Shown: one piece after another, positions 48,078-59,203 of the stretch
Position numbering within the stretch: the first letter of the stretch is position 1
Layout of the letters: each line of letters starts with the position of its first letter
Origin: Nitrospirales bacterium
Lineage (GTDB): Bacteria; Nitrospirota; Nitrospiria; Nitrospirales; UBA8639
Reading direction: 5' to 3'
Assembly: GCA_965223295.1 (NCBI GenBank)
Contig: CBDCWC010000003.1
Location: 1,184,001-1,248,000 of the forward strand
DNA: 64,000 nucleotides
Notes under the pieces: generated by a model
What the model was told of the DNA's origin: nothing
Seen by the model: only the letters and a program-made list of their open reading frames with translations
Databases searched by the model: none
Program-made: the position numbers and the translations under genes

Positions 48078-48863
48078 ATGACAACTCGCTCTATGTTCTT
48101 TCTATTGCTGGTGTTCATAGCATTTCCTTACAGCCTCGAAGCCAAGATTCAGAGTAAAGTTGTTTCCTACTCCCTTGGGGACAACGCATATGAGGGATTT
48201 CTGGCATGGGATGACTCCGTGAGGGACAAAAGACCCGGCATTTTGGTTGTCCATGAATGGTGGGGCTTGAATGACTATGCCCGATCCCGTGCCGAGCAAC
48301 TAGCTGAAATGGGATATGTGGCATTTGCAGTGGATATGTACGGAAAAGGGAAAGTCACCGCACATTCTGAGAAAGCGAGCGAGTGGGCCAAATTGACGAC
48401 CAGCAAAGTAGACGAATGGTTTGGAAGAGCGCAAAAAGGTTTAAAGATACTTCAGGCTGATGAGAGGGTGGATCCCACCCGTTTAGCGGCTATTGGCTAT
48501 TGCTTTGGCGGGGCGACAGTCATGCAGCTGGTCTATGGCGGTGCTCCTGTTAAAGGGGTTGTGAGTTTCCATGGCTCGTTGCCCCTTCCGCCCAATTCTC
48601 CGAAGGTTACTGATGTCGTCAAGGTATTGATTGCCCATGGCAACTCCGATCCTTTTATTTCTTCAGAGCATATTGGCAAATTTCAAACGGCTCTCAATAC
48701 AGCAGGGATTGATTGGCAGATGATTGTCTATGGTGGAGCCCAACATAGTTTTACGAATCCCTCAGCTGATCAATACGGGTTGAAAGGGGCGAGGTATCAC
48801 AGGCAAGCTGATCTAAGATCCTGGATGCATATGAAACAATTTTTTGATGAACTGTTTCACTGA
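48078..48863 (+). CDS. Dienelactone hydrolase family protein, secreted
   Basis: VVHEWWGLN, GYCFGG, AQHSFT. Confidence 0.92.
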   Translation: MTTRSMFFLLLVFIAFPYSLEAKIQSKVVSYSLGDNAYEGFLAWDDSVRDKRPGILVVHEWWGLNDYARSRAEQLAEMGYVAFAVDMYGKGKVTAHSEKASEWAKLTTSKVDEWFGRAQKGLKILQADERVDPTRLAAIGYCFGGATVMQLVYGGAPVKGVVSFHGSLPLPPNSPKVTDVVKVLIAHGNSDPFISSEHIGKFQTALNTAGIDWQMIVYGGAQHSFTNPSADQYGLKGARYHRQADLRSWMHMKQFFDELFH

Positions 48864-49056
48864 TTTCATTCCCATTCCATAACTGCCTAGAATAAATACT
48901 CGCCTCCATAGCTTTCCCCACTGTTCGTAGTCTCGTAATTCATTTGTTTCGATCTGATCTTTGAAGAGTTTAGGGGATCGTCCCTATGGGACTGTTGAAT
49001 AATGATGATATTAACGGCCAAGTTTCGGCTCTGTGACGTCACATGTCAGTGGCTTC

Positions 49057-49178
49057 AGGTCTGTTCAAAAATGTCGTCCAGCAAGGCCGCAGCCATTTTT
49101 GTGCGCGGAGCGTATCGGTAATACGTGAGCACGGAAAACAGGCGAGAACGCCGCTGGCGGCTTTTTTCAACAAACCCT
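49057..49178. repeat. REP/MITE-like structured repeat, copy 2
   Basis: Aligns to copy 1; also shares ~60 bp of upstream sequence with it. Confidence 0.88.
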
Positions 49179-49249
49179 CTATAGAAAAAACTTGTTCCTT
49201 TCCTATTCACCCCTCAAGTCGTCTGCCTGCCTGTCCGATGAATGTCTGT

Positions 49250-49714
49250 ATGAGACCAAAAGGTAGTGCAAAAAAATTAGAAGCAAGACGACGGCTAGCT
49301 GCGAGTATGCTGGCCAAAGGTCGAGGCATTCGTGAAGTGGCAAGAAAAATCGGCGCCGCACCATCTTCTGTGAAACGATGGAAGGATGCATTAGAAGAGG
49401 GTGGAAAAAATGCGTTGAAATCGAAACCCCACACGGGTCGTCCATCACGTCTTTCGGCTGCGCAACGCCAATCGCTTCTCAAAATTCTTCAACAAGGGCC
49501 ACGGGCTGCCAATGTTCGGGCTGATCAATGGACATGCCGGCGTGTGGGTACCGTAATTCGACGGTGTTTCGGCGTAAAATATCACCCGGACCATGTCAGC
49601 CGAATTTTGCGGGCCTTAGGTTGGAAGTATAAAGGGAAAAACAGCGTGCCTGCCAAGAGAAAGCCAATGCCAGGTCATGCTCAGTGGTCTAGCCTTTCAC
49701 GGCGTCACCGCTAG
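49250..49714 (+). mobile_element. IS630-like transposase N-terminal HTH only, no DDE domain seen
   Basis: LEARRRLA, SVKRWK, GRPSRLS, QWTCRRV, FGVKYHPDHVSRILRALGW. Confidence 0.8.
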
Positions 49715-49918
49715 CATTTCTTTCGCGTCGTTTGTCTGCTGTTCTCTCGAAGTGAACCTTGTGGTTCCGGCTTGAAGCTTGGACGAGGCCAGCTCTTCGT
49801 TGGCGATAAGTTTTTTCCCAAAACCGCCCTCTCCTCTCAAAAATCCAACATGGGACTGTTCAATAATTCAATTTCAAGTTACGAAAACATGTTCAGTGCA
49901 GTGGAGACTTCGATGCCA

Positions 49919-50042
49919 GGGGAATGGTCAAAAAAGTCCGTTCAGCAAGGCCGCAGCCCTTTTTGCGCGCGGAGCGTACTGGTATTACATGAGCAACGGA
50001 AAAAGGGCAAGAACGCCGCTGGCGGCTTTTTTCAACATTCCC
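49919..50042. repeat. REP/MITE-like structured repeat, copy 3
   Basis: Same core; termini GGGAATG/CATTCCC. Confidence 0.88.
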
Positions 50043-50075
50043 AACATGTGTCAATCAAGAATGGGTTGATGTCTC

Positions 50076-50543
50076 TTAGTTGAGGGAAATAGTTGAATGT
50101 GGGTTGAAACGAATGGTTGGAACCGTGACGACGTTCAAAAACGAGCCTAAGCTTGTGATGGCCTTGGCAAATGTTTCAGAATCGACGGGTTTAGTCAAAT
50201 AGAAATTACATCCAATGGCATGGCACGTTTCCACTTCTTGTGGATTATCGGTCGTGGAGAGCATTAGTACAGGCACCCTTTTTAGTACCTCATGCCCTTT
50301 CAACACCCGCAACACTTCGATGCCGTTGACCCGGGGAAGATTAATATCAAGAAGCAAAAGGAATCGGTTCCCCATTTTACTTTGCTGTAACTGACTCGTT
50401 CCTAGTAAATAGTCTAGAGTTTCTTGCCCATCTCTTAAACGATGACAAGCTTTCTCTAAGCCGGCCCGGCGAAGATTTTTTTCAATGAGTGCTGCGTGCC
50501 CGTCATCATCCTCCGCGATAAGAACTGTCGTTTCAGGATTCAT
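50076..50543 (-). CDS. Single-domain response regulator
   Basis: IAEDD, LLDINLP, KPV. Confidence 0.9.
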   Translation of the reverse strand: MNPETTVLIAEDDDGHAALIEKNLRRAGLEKACHRLRDGQETLDYLLGTSQLQQSKMGNRFLLLLDINLPRVNGIEVLRVLKGHEVLKRVPVLMLSTTDNPQEVETCHAIGCNFYLTKPVDSETFAKAITSLGSFLNVVTVPTIRFNPHSTISLN

Positions 50544-51363
50544 GTTGTCCTCCCTCCTCAACTTCAACCGCTCGTGGAAAGTAGACATGGAAGGTCGTGC
50601 CCTTCCCTGGTAAAGATTCAACTTCAATCTTGCCCTGATGTCGATCAATAATCCGCTGCACGATCGCTAATCCCAACCCTTCTCCTTTTTCTTGTTGGGG
50701 CCCGAGCCGGTGAAACACCTGAAAAATTCGTGCATGGTGTTCAGGTGGAATTCCGATGCCATTGTCGGTAATCGCAAACTCGGACCAGCCATCCACGGTC
50801 TTTCCTTGAATCGAAATTTCTCCAGGTCGTTCCGGATCTAAATATTTTTGAGCATTATCTATGAGATTCGAAAACACTTGGGTCACAAGAACCTCATCAC
50901 CTATGCAGTCTGGGAGGTCTCCAATATGTACCGCGACCCCCTTGTGTTTCAATTGATACTCTAAAGAGGACACGATGCTCATCATCAAATGATTCATGGC
51001 TAACCGTTCCCATTGAATATCCATTTGCCCTAGCCGAATAAATCGGAGAATTCCCGAAGTCACGGTATTGACACTGTCCGCTCCCGCTCGAATAAATCGT
51101 ACGGCCTCTGGAATATCCTGCTTGACCAACGGATCAATACTTTCACGGACAGCCTCCGAGAGGGCCTCTTCCTCAAACAATGTTTTTAGGCGATCACAGG
51201 CCATGGTGAGTTCTTGACAAAAACCTTGAATGGTCACAATGGGCGCGCGAAGGTCATGAGAAATCACATGCATGAGCGTTTCCATATCCTGAGATAGGAC
51301 CTCTTGGGTTTCATCTGCTTGTTGAGAGAGGAGCGGTTTATCAGTCGGCCTCGGTGTCTCCAT
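50533..51363 (-). CDS. Histidine kinase without a recognisable sensor domain
   Basis: SHDLRAP, NLIDNA, DNGIGI, GLGL. Confidence 0.9.
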   Translation of the reverse strand: METPRPTDKPLLSQQADETQEVLSQDMETLMHVISHDLRAPIVTIQGFCQELTMACDRLKTLFEEEALSEAVRESIDPLVKQDIPEAVRFIRAGADSVNTVTSGILRFIRLGQMDIQWERLAMNHLMMSIVSSLEYQLKHKGVAVHIGDLPDCIGDEVLVTQVFSNLIDNAQKYLDPERPGEISIQGKTVDGWSEFAITDNGIGIPPEHHARIFQVFHRLGPQQEKGEGLGLAIVQRIIDRHQGKIEVESLPGKGTTFHVYFPRAVEVEEGGQHES

Positions 51364-51810
51364 ACAATCCGCATTCCTTTCAATCAGCTACTAATACGAT
51401 CCTTCTGTTGTTCAAGTCGGACCGAGCACTACCGAAACTAGAGGAAGCTTTTCTCCCCTGCTAAGCACCATCTACTCTCAATCACGACAACAACGGGTTT
51501 AGATCAAAAGAGTGAAAAATGGCCACTCTCTTAATGTAATCCTTCAGAGCTTGAGATGCTGGAACGTCACGCGTATCTGTAATCAATAAAAAAACGGCCT
51601 GATGGATGCCCACCTTCAAGTAATGGAGGACATTGCGGCGTTAAGAAGATGAAAACGGAAAGAAGATATGAAAAAACATGATAGAAAAAGAGGATGCGAG
51701 AAAAAGTAAAAGTATGAATTGGGTCATTCATCGACTTATTGGTTGAATCTGATGAATCCTGAATGATTTGTTGTGATTATACAACATTTGAAAGCCATTT
51801 TCATAAAAGA

Positions 51811-53952
51811 CTATTTGACCAATAAGCCACCATATTGGACAAAAAATGGAACAAAGACTAATGATAAGATTGCCGAGAGTTTGATCAAAATATTGAGCGA
51901 AGGGCCGGAAGTGTCCTTGAGTGGATCACCCACGGTATCCCCAACCACGGCGGCTTTATGCGTTTCGGTCCCTTTCCCACCAAGATTTCCCTTCTCAATA
52001 TATTTCTTGGCATTGTCCCATGCCCCACCACTGTTAGAGGAAGAAATGGCAATGACCCCGCCTGCGACAAGGGATCCAGCCAGTACCCCCGCTACGGCTT
52101 GAATACCAAAGAGGAATCCTGCAACCAACGGGGTTCCCATGATCAAGACTCCTGGAGCAATCATTTCCTTGAGCGCCGCTTTTGTGGAAATAGCCACACA
52201 TTGCTCATAATCAGCTTCGGCTTTACCTTCCATCAGTCCGGGAATCGTCCGGAACTGACGCCGGACTTCCTCGATCATCTCATAGGCCGCAGATCCAACA
52301 GATTTCATCGTCATGGCCGAAAAGTATGACGGCAAAACCGCTCCGATAAAGAGACTTGTAAAGACTAAGGGATCAAGCAAATTAATGGTCCCTAGCAGAT
52401 CAAATTCTGGGCCATTTTGTTCTTTGAGCAACAAGTCAGCTCGGGTGAGAAAGGCGGCAAAAAGCGCCAGAGAGGTGAGAATCGCTGCACCGATTGCGAA
52501 CCCTTTCCCGATTGCTGCGGTCGTATTGCCTGCGGCATCCAACACGTCAGTCCGCTGACGGACATGTTCTGGCATCCCGGCCATTTCGGCAATGCCTCCC
52601 GCATTATCGGAAACCGGTCCATAGGCATCGATCGTCAACGCGATCACAAGCGTTCCCAACATGCCCAATGACGCGATCGCCACGCCATACATCCCTGCCA
52701 GCATCCAGGGAATATAGATGGCAAGACCAATAGCCAGATAAGGCCCGACAGCACTTTGATAGCCAAGTGCTAGTCCAAAAATGATATTGGTGGCGGAGCC
52801 TGTCTCACAGGATTTCGCCACTTCTCGGACGGGTCCATAATCGTGAGAGGTATAGTACTCCGTCATCAATCCCACGACGAGTCCAGCGATCAAACCAGTC
52901 AGAAAGCAGAAATATACTCCAAGATCGGTGTAAGCCTCACCCCCAATTTCAAACGTATCCGGAAGCATCCATTTCGTCACAAACAACATCACCACTGCCA
53001 TCAAGACACTGGAAATAATCAACATCTTTTTCAACGCCGGACCCACCTGATCCTCAGAGTCGACCTTAATCATCATCAAGGTCAGTAGACTCACAGGAAT
53101 CCCAATTGCAGAAATGAGTATGGGATACAACAACGCATCGACCATGCCAGAAAAGGCCACTGCGCTAATCACCATAGCAGCACAGGTACTTTCAGCACAG
53201 GACCCGAATAAATCAGCTCCCATTCCGGCCACGTCACCCACATTGTCACCCACATTATCCGCAATGACGGCAGGGTTTCGTGGGTCATCTTCTGGAATCC
53301 CCGCTTCCACTTTGCCCACTAAATCAGCTCCGACGTCTGCAGCCTTTGTGAAAATCCCTCCACCCACACGTGCGAACAAGGCGATAGATGACCCGCCCAG
53401 ACCAAATCCCGCAATGACTTCCATCAAAACATGTGTGGGAAGTTGTTCCGGCATGATGCTCGACAACACCAAATAAATCAGAAGCAATCCCAAAGCTGCC
53501 AAACCCACCAAGGCAAAGCCCATCACGGATCCCGAATGTAAGGCAACATTAAACGCTGTTGAAAGTGATTGATTCGCGGAGACTGTCGTTCGCACATTGC
53601 CCTGGGTCGCGATCTTCATGCCGATAAAACCGGAGGCAATCGAAATAATGGCTCCAAAAATAAAGGCAATGGCAGTGTAGAACCCTTCATTCACATAATC
53701 TGTGTGGTGGTCGTCAATGAGCAACGCAATAATTGCCGCAAAGACTGCCATGAAGATGGCCATAATCTTATATTCCTGTTTCAGGAATGCCATCGCCCCA
53801 CTTGCAATCGCCGCATGAATTTTCGCTAAACGTTGCTTGGTGTCTGTATCTTCGACACCCATGTCAATGGGAATCTTGTTGACTGATGAAGAATAATAAA
53901 ATGCCACGACCAATCCCAGAAGCGAGAGGGCCAGAGTAATTGTTACTGCCAT
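51811..53952 (-). CDS. hppA: Membrane-bound pyrophosphatase, K+-dependent type
   Basis: [35 protein letters not shown]. Confidence 0.96.
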   Translation of the reverse strand: MAVTITLALSLLGLVVAFYYSSSVNKIPIDMGVEDTDTKQRLAKIHAAIASGAMAFLKQEYKIMAIFMAVFAAIIALLIDDHHTDYVNEGFYTAIAFIFGAIISIASGFIGMKIATQGNVRTTVSANQSLSTAFNVALHSGSVMGFALVGLAALGLLLIYLVLSSIMPEQLPTHVLMEVIAGFGLGGSSIALFARVGGGIFTKAADVGADLVGKVEAGIPEDDPRNPAVIADNVGDNVGDVAGMGADLFGSCAESTCAAMVISAVAFSGMVDALLYPILISAIGIPVSLLTLMMIKVDSEDQVGPALKKMLIISSVLMAVVMLFVTKWMLPDTFEIGGEAYTDLGVYFCFLTGLIAGLVVGLMTEYYTSHDYGPVREVAKSCETGSATNIIFGLALGYQSAVGPYLAIGLAIYIPWMLAGMYGVAIASLGMLGTLVIALTIDAYGPVSDNAGGIAEMAGMPEHVRQRTDVLDAAGNTTAAIGKGFAIGAAILTSLALFAAFLTRADLLLKEQNGPEFDLLGTINLLDPLVFTSLFIGAVLPSYFSAMTMKSVGSAAYEMIEEVRRQFRTIPGLMEGKAEADYEQCVAISTKAALKEMIAPGVLIMGTPLVAGFLFGIQAVAGVLAGSLVAGGVIAISSSNSGGAWDNAKKYIEKGNLGGKGTETHKAAVVGDTVGDPLKDTSGPSLNILIKLSAILSLVFVPFFVQYGGLLVK

Positions 53953-54499
53953 ATTGAATACATCTCCATTGAGCTTAAGTGGGGGAAGAAATAAAAGATT
54001 GGACTGATTATTGTTATCAACAATGGAACAAGAAGTTGCGACATGACATATCTGCGCGTCTCATTTCTTCAGAAATAAAGAAACATACCGTACTTGTCTA
54101 TTCACAAGGTTCAATCAGACGAGCCTGGGGATAATACTGAGATGGATTGTCCGAAACTGGCTAGATAAAATAAGAACTCCGCATAATGAATGTTACATGT
54201 AGTGTTGTACGTACACAGACTACCCTAAATGTTGAAAATGAAGAGGGTTGTATTCTAACTTTCTGCAGTAGAACATGCAAGGTAAAAACCCTAATATCAA
54301 AAGTTTAATTTTTTTGTTACCGGCACCAATTTTTAAACGACCTAATCAATTACCTCGCGGACTCAGTGATTCGATAGACTGCGTCTGGATCAGGAGGTGA
54401 GACAAAGGAGCAGGTGATAGTAGGCCTATCGGGAGTGTTGAATAACACAACACATAAGAGGCAAACTTGCTTATGATCATATAGGATGTCAACAGCTTC

Positions 54500-54617
54500 G
54501 GGGCGGTTCAAAAAAGTCCGCTCGCCTGTGCGAAGCCGCTTCGGCGAAGCCAAGTCCAGAAAGGCCGCAGCCATCTAAATAGCGAGAACGCCGCTGCTGG
54601 CTTTCTTCAAAAGCCCC
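54500..54617. repeat. REP/MITE-like repeat, copy 4 (internally deleted, nested insert)
   Basis: GGGGCGGTTCAAAAAAGTCCG...AAGGCCGCAGCC...GAGAACGCCGCTG...AAAAGCCCC. Confidence 0.8.
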
Positions 54618-54743
54618 ATACTGCTTTTAGATGTGCAGAGAACCTGCTTAAGGGCAAGTGTATAAAGAGTTGAAGGAGGCAGCAGAATCAAATGATTACC
54701 AACTAAATTATTGAACTAGGGGTGGGAGAGGAGACTCGGAAAC

Positions 54744-54911
54744 TTATGGTGTGCCCTTTAACCGATTTTTGACCATGACGGTTCCGAGGTTGGGTAAACG
54801 GGAGGTTCGCCGATGTTCAAACCAGCCAAAGACAAAGACTCCTAGTACTAAAACGGTCCCAAGCGCTAGCGTTGTGGAGTCATTCGCGAGAAAAACTTCT
54901 ATAGGGGTCAT
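54744..54911 (-). CDS. Small single-TM protein (55 aa)
   Basis: MTPIEVFLANDSTTLALGTVLVLGVFVFGWFEHRR..., AAGGA upstream; below ORF cutoff. Confidence 0.5.
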   Translation of the reverse strand: MTPIEVFLANDSTTLALGTVLVLGVFVFGWFEHRRTSRLPNLGTVMVKNRLKGTP

Positions 54912-55105
54912 GTTTTCAGTTCCTTCTATCCCTCTATTTTCGGGCAGTTGCTCAATATCTTTACTTTTTCTTCTCGAATAAGGAAGTATTCCTCAGCACT
55001 AAATTTTTATACTTAATTAAATATATGTAATTCTAGTAAAAGAAAGCCGTCTTTTTAACGACAAACCGACTTTCTTGTCAATGGAGGCTGTCAGTATAAT
55101 GAGCC

Positions 55106-55591
55106 ATGAAAGTAACTACACTTTACTGCCCTAAATTGCTGCATTTGATGGGTATCCTGTTGGTGAGCAGTTTACTATGCCTCGGGTCCGCCTCTCCACT
55201 ATGGAGTGCTACAACAACCAGTCTTACGCCAACTCCAAACTTGGAGGCTCTAGAGGTTGTGATTGATATCCGTTCTCGAGAATTTCGGCCACAGACCACG
55301 GAGATTCGAGTTGGGGGAAAAACCCGTTTGGTGTTAAAAAACTTAGACACTGAACTTCATGCCTTTGTTCCCGTGGGATTATTCAGCGAGTCTCATGTGA
55401 CTGTCACCGGCAATGGGGCACCACAGTTTGCGAAAGAAGGTTTTGTGCGGGTTCTGCTTCCGACGCGAGGACAGACCGAAATCGAATTTACGCCCATACG
55501 TCCTGGAACCTACCCGTATTTCTGCGATTTACCAGGCCATGTGATGCGAGGTACTATCGTGGTGCGTGAGAAATTGCCTATGGTAGAGTGA
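55106..55591 (+). CDS. Cupredoxin-domain protein
   Basis: Signal peptide; ELHAF and YFCDLPGHVMRG type-1 copper ligands. Confidence 0.85.
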   Translation: MKVTTLYCPKLLHLMGILLVSSLLCLGSASPLWSATTTSLTPTPNLEALEVVIDIRSREFRPQTTEIRVGGKTRLVLKNLDTELHAFVPVGLFSESHVTVTGNGAPQFAKEGFVRVLLPTRGQTEIEFTPIRPGTYPYFCDLPGHVMRGTIVVREKLPMVE

Positions 55592-55692
55592 GAGCTTTGG
55601 TTCTGGGGTTCATAACCCCTTAAGTTTTAAGTTACATACACATTTACTAAATATGTTTTATTTACCCTGTTTGTGAGGAGGAGTTGGGTTCC

Positions 55693-57441
55693 ATGAGTAC
55701 AGTTTTTCGTCAACACATCGCGATAGATACCCCCAAAAGCAGAGGCAGAAAAGGCCCTGTTTCTAAAAGACCAATGTCTAGAACTACCGCTATATGCATG
55801 GTCATTGTTTTGGGCTGCTTTTACATATCACCCATTTGTTCATGGCCTAGTAGAGCCTATGCCAGTCCCTCTGAAGCCTCACTGACTACGATACGTGAAT
55901 TTGCGCAGGCCGTCAGTCAAGGTGACCGGGTGGCCGCAGGCCAACGTGATTTTGTGTGTCTGTTGAAAATGGCGCAGCAGCAATTGTTTGTCGACGGAAA
56001 TTTTCCTGATGCTCTGAGCCCCATTTATGAATGGTGTGCACAGCGTCGGATAACTGCGCATGAACAGGTTGTGGATCAACACGATCGAAGTTTAGATAAT
56101 ATTTGGCCTGGCCCTGGGAAATTAATCGACTTCGGAGACTTTCAACGATTTTATATTGCGGAAACCAGAAATGAACAACTAGCCCCATCCTTTTTTGTGA
56201 TGGATGAGATCGCCAGGCAGGAGCCTGATCAGCCTTTTACTATTGAAGCAGGGGAATCCGGCACATTACCTCATGCCTCCTTCCCTTCCGCTGATGAGAG
56301 CACAGTCCAAGCCGCGCCAACGACCTATATCATTACCACTATCTCCTATCCCAACCCGCTCACCGCTCCAATTTCTAATGGCCCTGGCGTAAAAGATTGG
56401 GCGACTCCGTATAAAAAAGTCCAGCGTGTGATCCAATCTGTCGAAGTGAAATGGGTTATCCTTTCGGATCTGAAATCACTAGGGTTTCCGATTGATCAAG
56501 CCATCCTTGATCTTCCATTAGAAGGCCCACATGGGACAACGATACCTTTTGTGGTGGATGCCGGAGGCTATGTTCCCCATTCCACGAAATGGTTTGGTCC
56601 GAATGATCAAACTGAAACGGCAGTGGCTGGTATCAAACAGGCACAGGCTGCTTCAAATTCCTTCGATGCCCTCATGCAACTCAACCGGCTTTTGATGATT
56701 GCACCTGGCAATAAAGAGGTCTTGAGAGTCTTTGCCAATCAACTGTACCAGGGACTGTTAAGCTATGGGAGTCGCCTGAATAGCATTCCTATCGGAGATG
56801 ATCGCCTCTCTCAACGATTCAATGAATTGTATTGGACTGTCCAATCGCAAACCGATCGTTTTGATTTGTCGTTGGGTATGGAAATTGGCGGAAAATCTGA
56901 GCCGATGCCGGCCGATTACTTGTATCGAATGATTCCCGTCATGGAAGCGTTGGCCTCCCTTGAACCGGGAGACTTTGAAAATCGCATGCATCTCATTTCA
57001 ACCTACCGATGGAATAATGACCAACGAGCCGCGCTGTCGGCTCCACAAGAATTGTTGGCAGAAGTCCCAGCAGAACAAAAAGAAATGCGTGCAGAAGTCT
57101 TATTAGAGTTAGCGTGGGCTCGAATCGGCAAAGTGGCGTGGAACCGACATTACGATGATCCTGATATTCGCAAAGGCTATGATGCCGCCAAGCGTGCGTT
57201 TGATCTCACGGAAGACCCTCTGAATAAATTTACGGCTGCTTATGCAATGGCCTATAGCCTAGCCTTTCATGTCCCACGCGACAATCAAGCCATGCTGGAT
57301 CTGCTGCAACAAGCCAAAGAATGGTACCAGAAAATTCCAGGAGCCAACTCTCAAAGCTGGGCATATATGTTGGAAAATGACACGCTTAAGGGTATAGTCC
57401 AAACCGATCCAACCTTCAAAGCATTATTGGCTGCACGATAA
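55693..57441 (+). CDS. Hypothetical exported protein with helical C-terminus
   Basis: Long ORF, GAGGAG RBS, N-terminal hydrophobic segment. Confidence 0.7.
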   Translation: MSTVFRQHIAIDTPKSRGRKGPVSKRPMSRTTAICMVIVLGCFYISPICSWPSRAYASPSEASLTTIREFAQAVSQGDRVAAGQRDFVCLLKMAQQQLFVDGNFPDALSPIYEWCAQRRITAHEQVVDQHDRSLDNIWPGPGKLIDFGDFQRFYIAETRNEQLAPSFFVMDEIARQEPDQPFTIEAGESGTLPHASFPSADESTVQAAPTTYIITTISYPNPLTAPISNGPGVKDWATPYKKVQRVIQSVEVKWVILSDLKSLGFPIDQAILDLPLEGPHGTTIPFVVDAGGYVPHSTKWFGPNDQTETAVAGIKQAQAASNSFDALMQLNRLLMIAPGNKEVLRVFANQLYQGLLSYGSRLNSIPIGDDRLSQRFNELYWTVQSQTDRFDLSLGMEIGGKSEPMPADYLYRMIPVMEALASLEPGDFENRMHLISTYRWNNDQRAALSAPQELLAEVPAEQKEMRAEVLLELAWARIGKVAWNRHYDDPDIRKGYDAAKRAFDLTEDPLNKFTAAYAMAYSLAFHVPRDNQAMLDLLQQAKEWYQKIPGANSQSWAYMLENDTLKGIVQTDPTFKALLAAR

Positions 57442-57598
57442 AGGGATGACAGAATTACAGAAAATTCTTAAAAGGTGAAACGTAAGGTGTTGCGAGGAAC
57501 GATCTACATGTATTGATTCGTGTCCTCGCGCCTTGCTGTTCATGGTTCGACCGTCAGTCTTTCCCGCCCGTTTGTATCTTGACCCTGTCCACTAAATC

Positions 57599-58984
57599 AT
57601 GGAATTAGATTTTCGTAAAAATCCTCACATTCTCAGTAACATGTTGGATGTCATGGCTGACGGCGTCTTTACCGTGGATGCCAAAGGTCTCATTGTTGCG
57701 TGGAGTACGGGGGCTGCGCGGATTACTGGTTTTTCCAGCGATGATGTGATTGGAAAATCCTGTCATATTTTAGAAGGGAAAAATTGTAAGGGGTTTCAAG
57801 TATTAGCAGACTTTTTGGACAATCCGACTCCCTATCCTTGGGGTATTTGCAATCAAGAATGTAAAGTCTTGGGCAAAGACGGGAGAGAACTCTACCTCTA
57901 TGGCAATGTTTCCATTCTCAGAGATGGACAAGGCAATGTGGCAGGTGCCGTGGGGACCTTTACCGATCTCACGGCATTCATTCTGAATAATCAAAAGATT
58001 GCTGTTCTCGAAGAACAAACGAAATCGCGTGAAGCTTTTCAGCAGCTCATTGGCAAAAGTCCTGCGATGCAGGAAGTCTTTCGTCGATTACGTCTGTCCG
58101 CACAAAGTGATGTGACGGTCCTCCTCACAGGAGAATCCGGCACCGGTAAAGAATTAGCCGCCCGCGCTATCCATGCACTCAGTGGACGTAAGGATAAGCC
58201 GTTTTTTGCGATTAATTGCTCTGCGATTCCTGAAACCTTATTGGAAAGTGAGTTGTTTGGCCATGTGAAAGGCGCATTTACGGGCGCGATTCGAGACAAG
58301 ATTGGTGTCTTTCAAGCCACGGAAGGCGGTACCTTATTTCTAGATGAGATTGGGGACACTAGTCCCCTACTCCAACTTAAGTTACTGCGCGTTCTTCAGG
58401 AGAATGAAATTCGGAGGGTGGGGGATGACCGAGCCATCAAGGTGGATGTCCGTTTGATCACAGCCACTAATCGCAATTTACAAATCCTGATGACTGAAGG
58501 AACCTTGCGAGAAGACTTCTACTACCGTATTCATGTCTTTGAAATTACTCTACCGCCTCTACGGGAGCGTCGCGCGGATATTCCACTCCTCGTCAATCAT
58601 TTCATGAAGAATAATGCTACAATCTTTCAACGTGACATTACCGAAGTCGCACAAGATGCTTTAAAACGGCTTCAAGAATATCACTGGCCCGGAAATGTTC
58701 GAGAACTCAAGAATGCCATTGAACATGCCTTTGTGACTGTGGCTGATAATTGCATCACTCTTTGGGATTTGCCTCCGGAAGTTCAACGTCCTTCATTAAA
58801 GACCTCTTCCCCATCCAAACCTTTTGGGTCGCCTCTGGACCCGGCTGAGGAAAATCGGATTCGAGAAGCCCTTCAGCAAACACAAGGCAACAAGACCGAA
58901 GCAGCCAAGCTTCTGGGGATGAGCCGGGTCACTCTGTGGAAGAAACTCAAACACCTTTCCCTCGAATCCCCTGCCTCAGCGTAG
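57599..58984 (+). CDS. Sigma54-dependent activator (PAS-AAA+-Fis HTH)
   Basis: [23 protein letters not shown]-terminal HTH. Confidence 0.95.
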   Translation: MELDFRKNPHILSNMLDVMADGVFTVDAKGLIVAWSTGAARITGFSSDDVIGKSCHILEGKNCKGFQVLADFLDNPTPYPWGICNQECKVLGKDGRELYLYGNVSILRDGQGNVAGAVGTFTDLTAFILNNQKIAVLEEQTKSREAFQQLIGKSPAMQEVFRRLRLSAQSDVTVLLTGESGTGKELAARAIHALSGRKDKPFFAINCSAIPETLLESELFGHVKGAFTGAIRDKIGVFQATEGGTLFLDEIGDTSPLLQLKLLRVLQENEIRRVGDDRAIKVDVRLITATNRNLQILMTEGTLREDFYYRIHVFEITLPPLRERRADIPLLVNHFMKNNATIFQRDITEVAQDALKRLQEYHWPGNVRELKNAIEHAFVTVADNCITLWDLPPEVQRPSLKTSSPSKPFGSPLDPAEENRIREALQQTQGNKTEAAKLLGMSRVTLWKKLKHLSLESPASA

Positions 58985-59008
58985 CGGCAAACTGTCCGCA
59001 TATCATAT

Positions 59009-59047
59009 TGTTAATATGTTAAGTTAACGGTTAACAATTTCTGTTAA
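59009..59047. promoter_or_regulatory. Candidate enhancer (UAS) with GTTAA/TTAAC repeats
   Basis: TGTTAATATGTTAAGTTAACGGTTAACAATTTCTGTTAA about 110-140 bp upstream of a -24/-12 promoter. Confidence 0.6.
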
Positions 59048-59152
59048 ATTATTTCCCTTTGTGCTGAAACATTCTCTTGCAAAAACCATCATAAAAATTC
59101 ATAAATATTTGATTTATTTAATATTTATAGATTTTGTTATAGTATATGGTAA

Positions 59153-59168
59153 TGGCATAGACGTTGCT
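59153..59168 (+). promoter_or_regulatory. Sigma54 -24/-12 promoter
   Basis: TGGCATAGACGTTGCT (GG-N10-GC). Confidence 0.88.
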
Positions 59169-59203
59169 TTATATAGTCGGTGAGGAAAATGGAGGAGAAT
59201 GTT

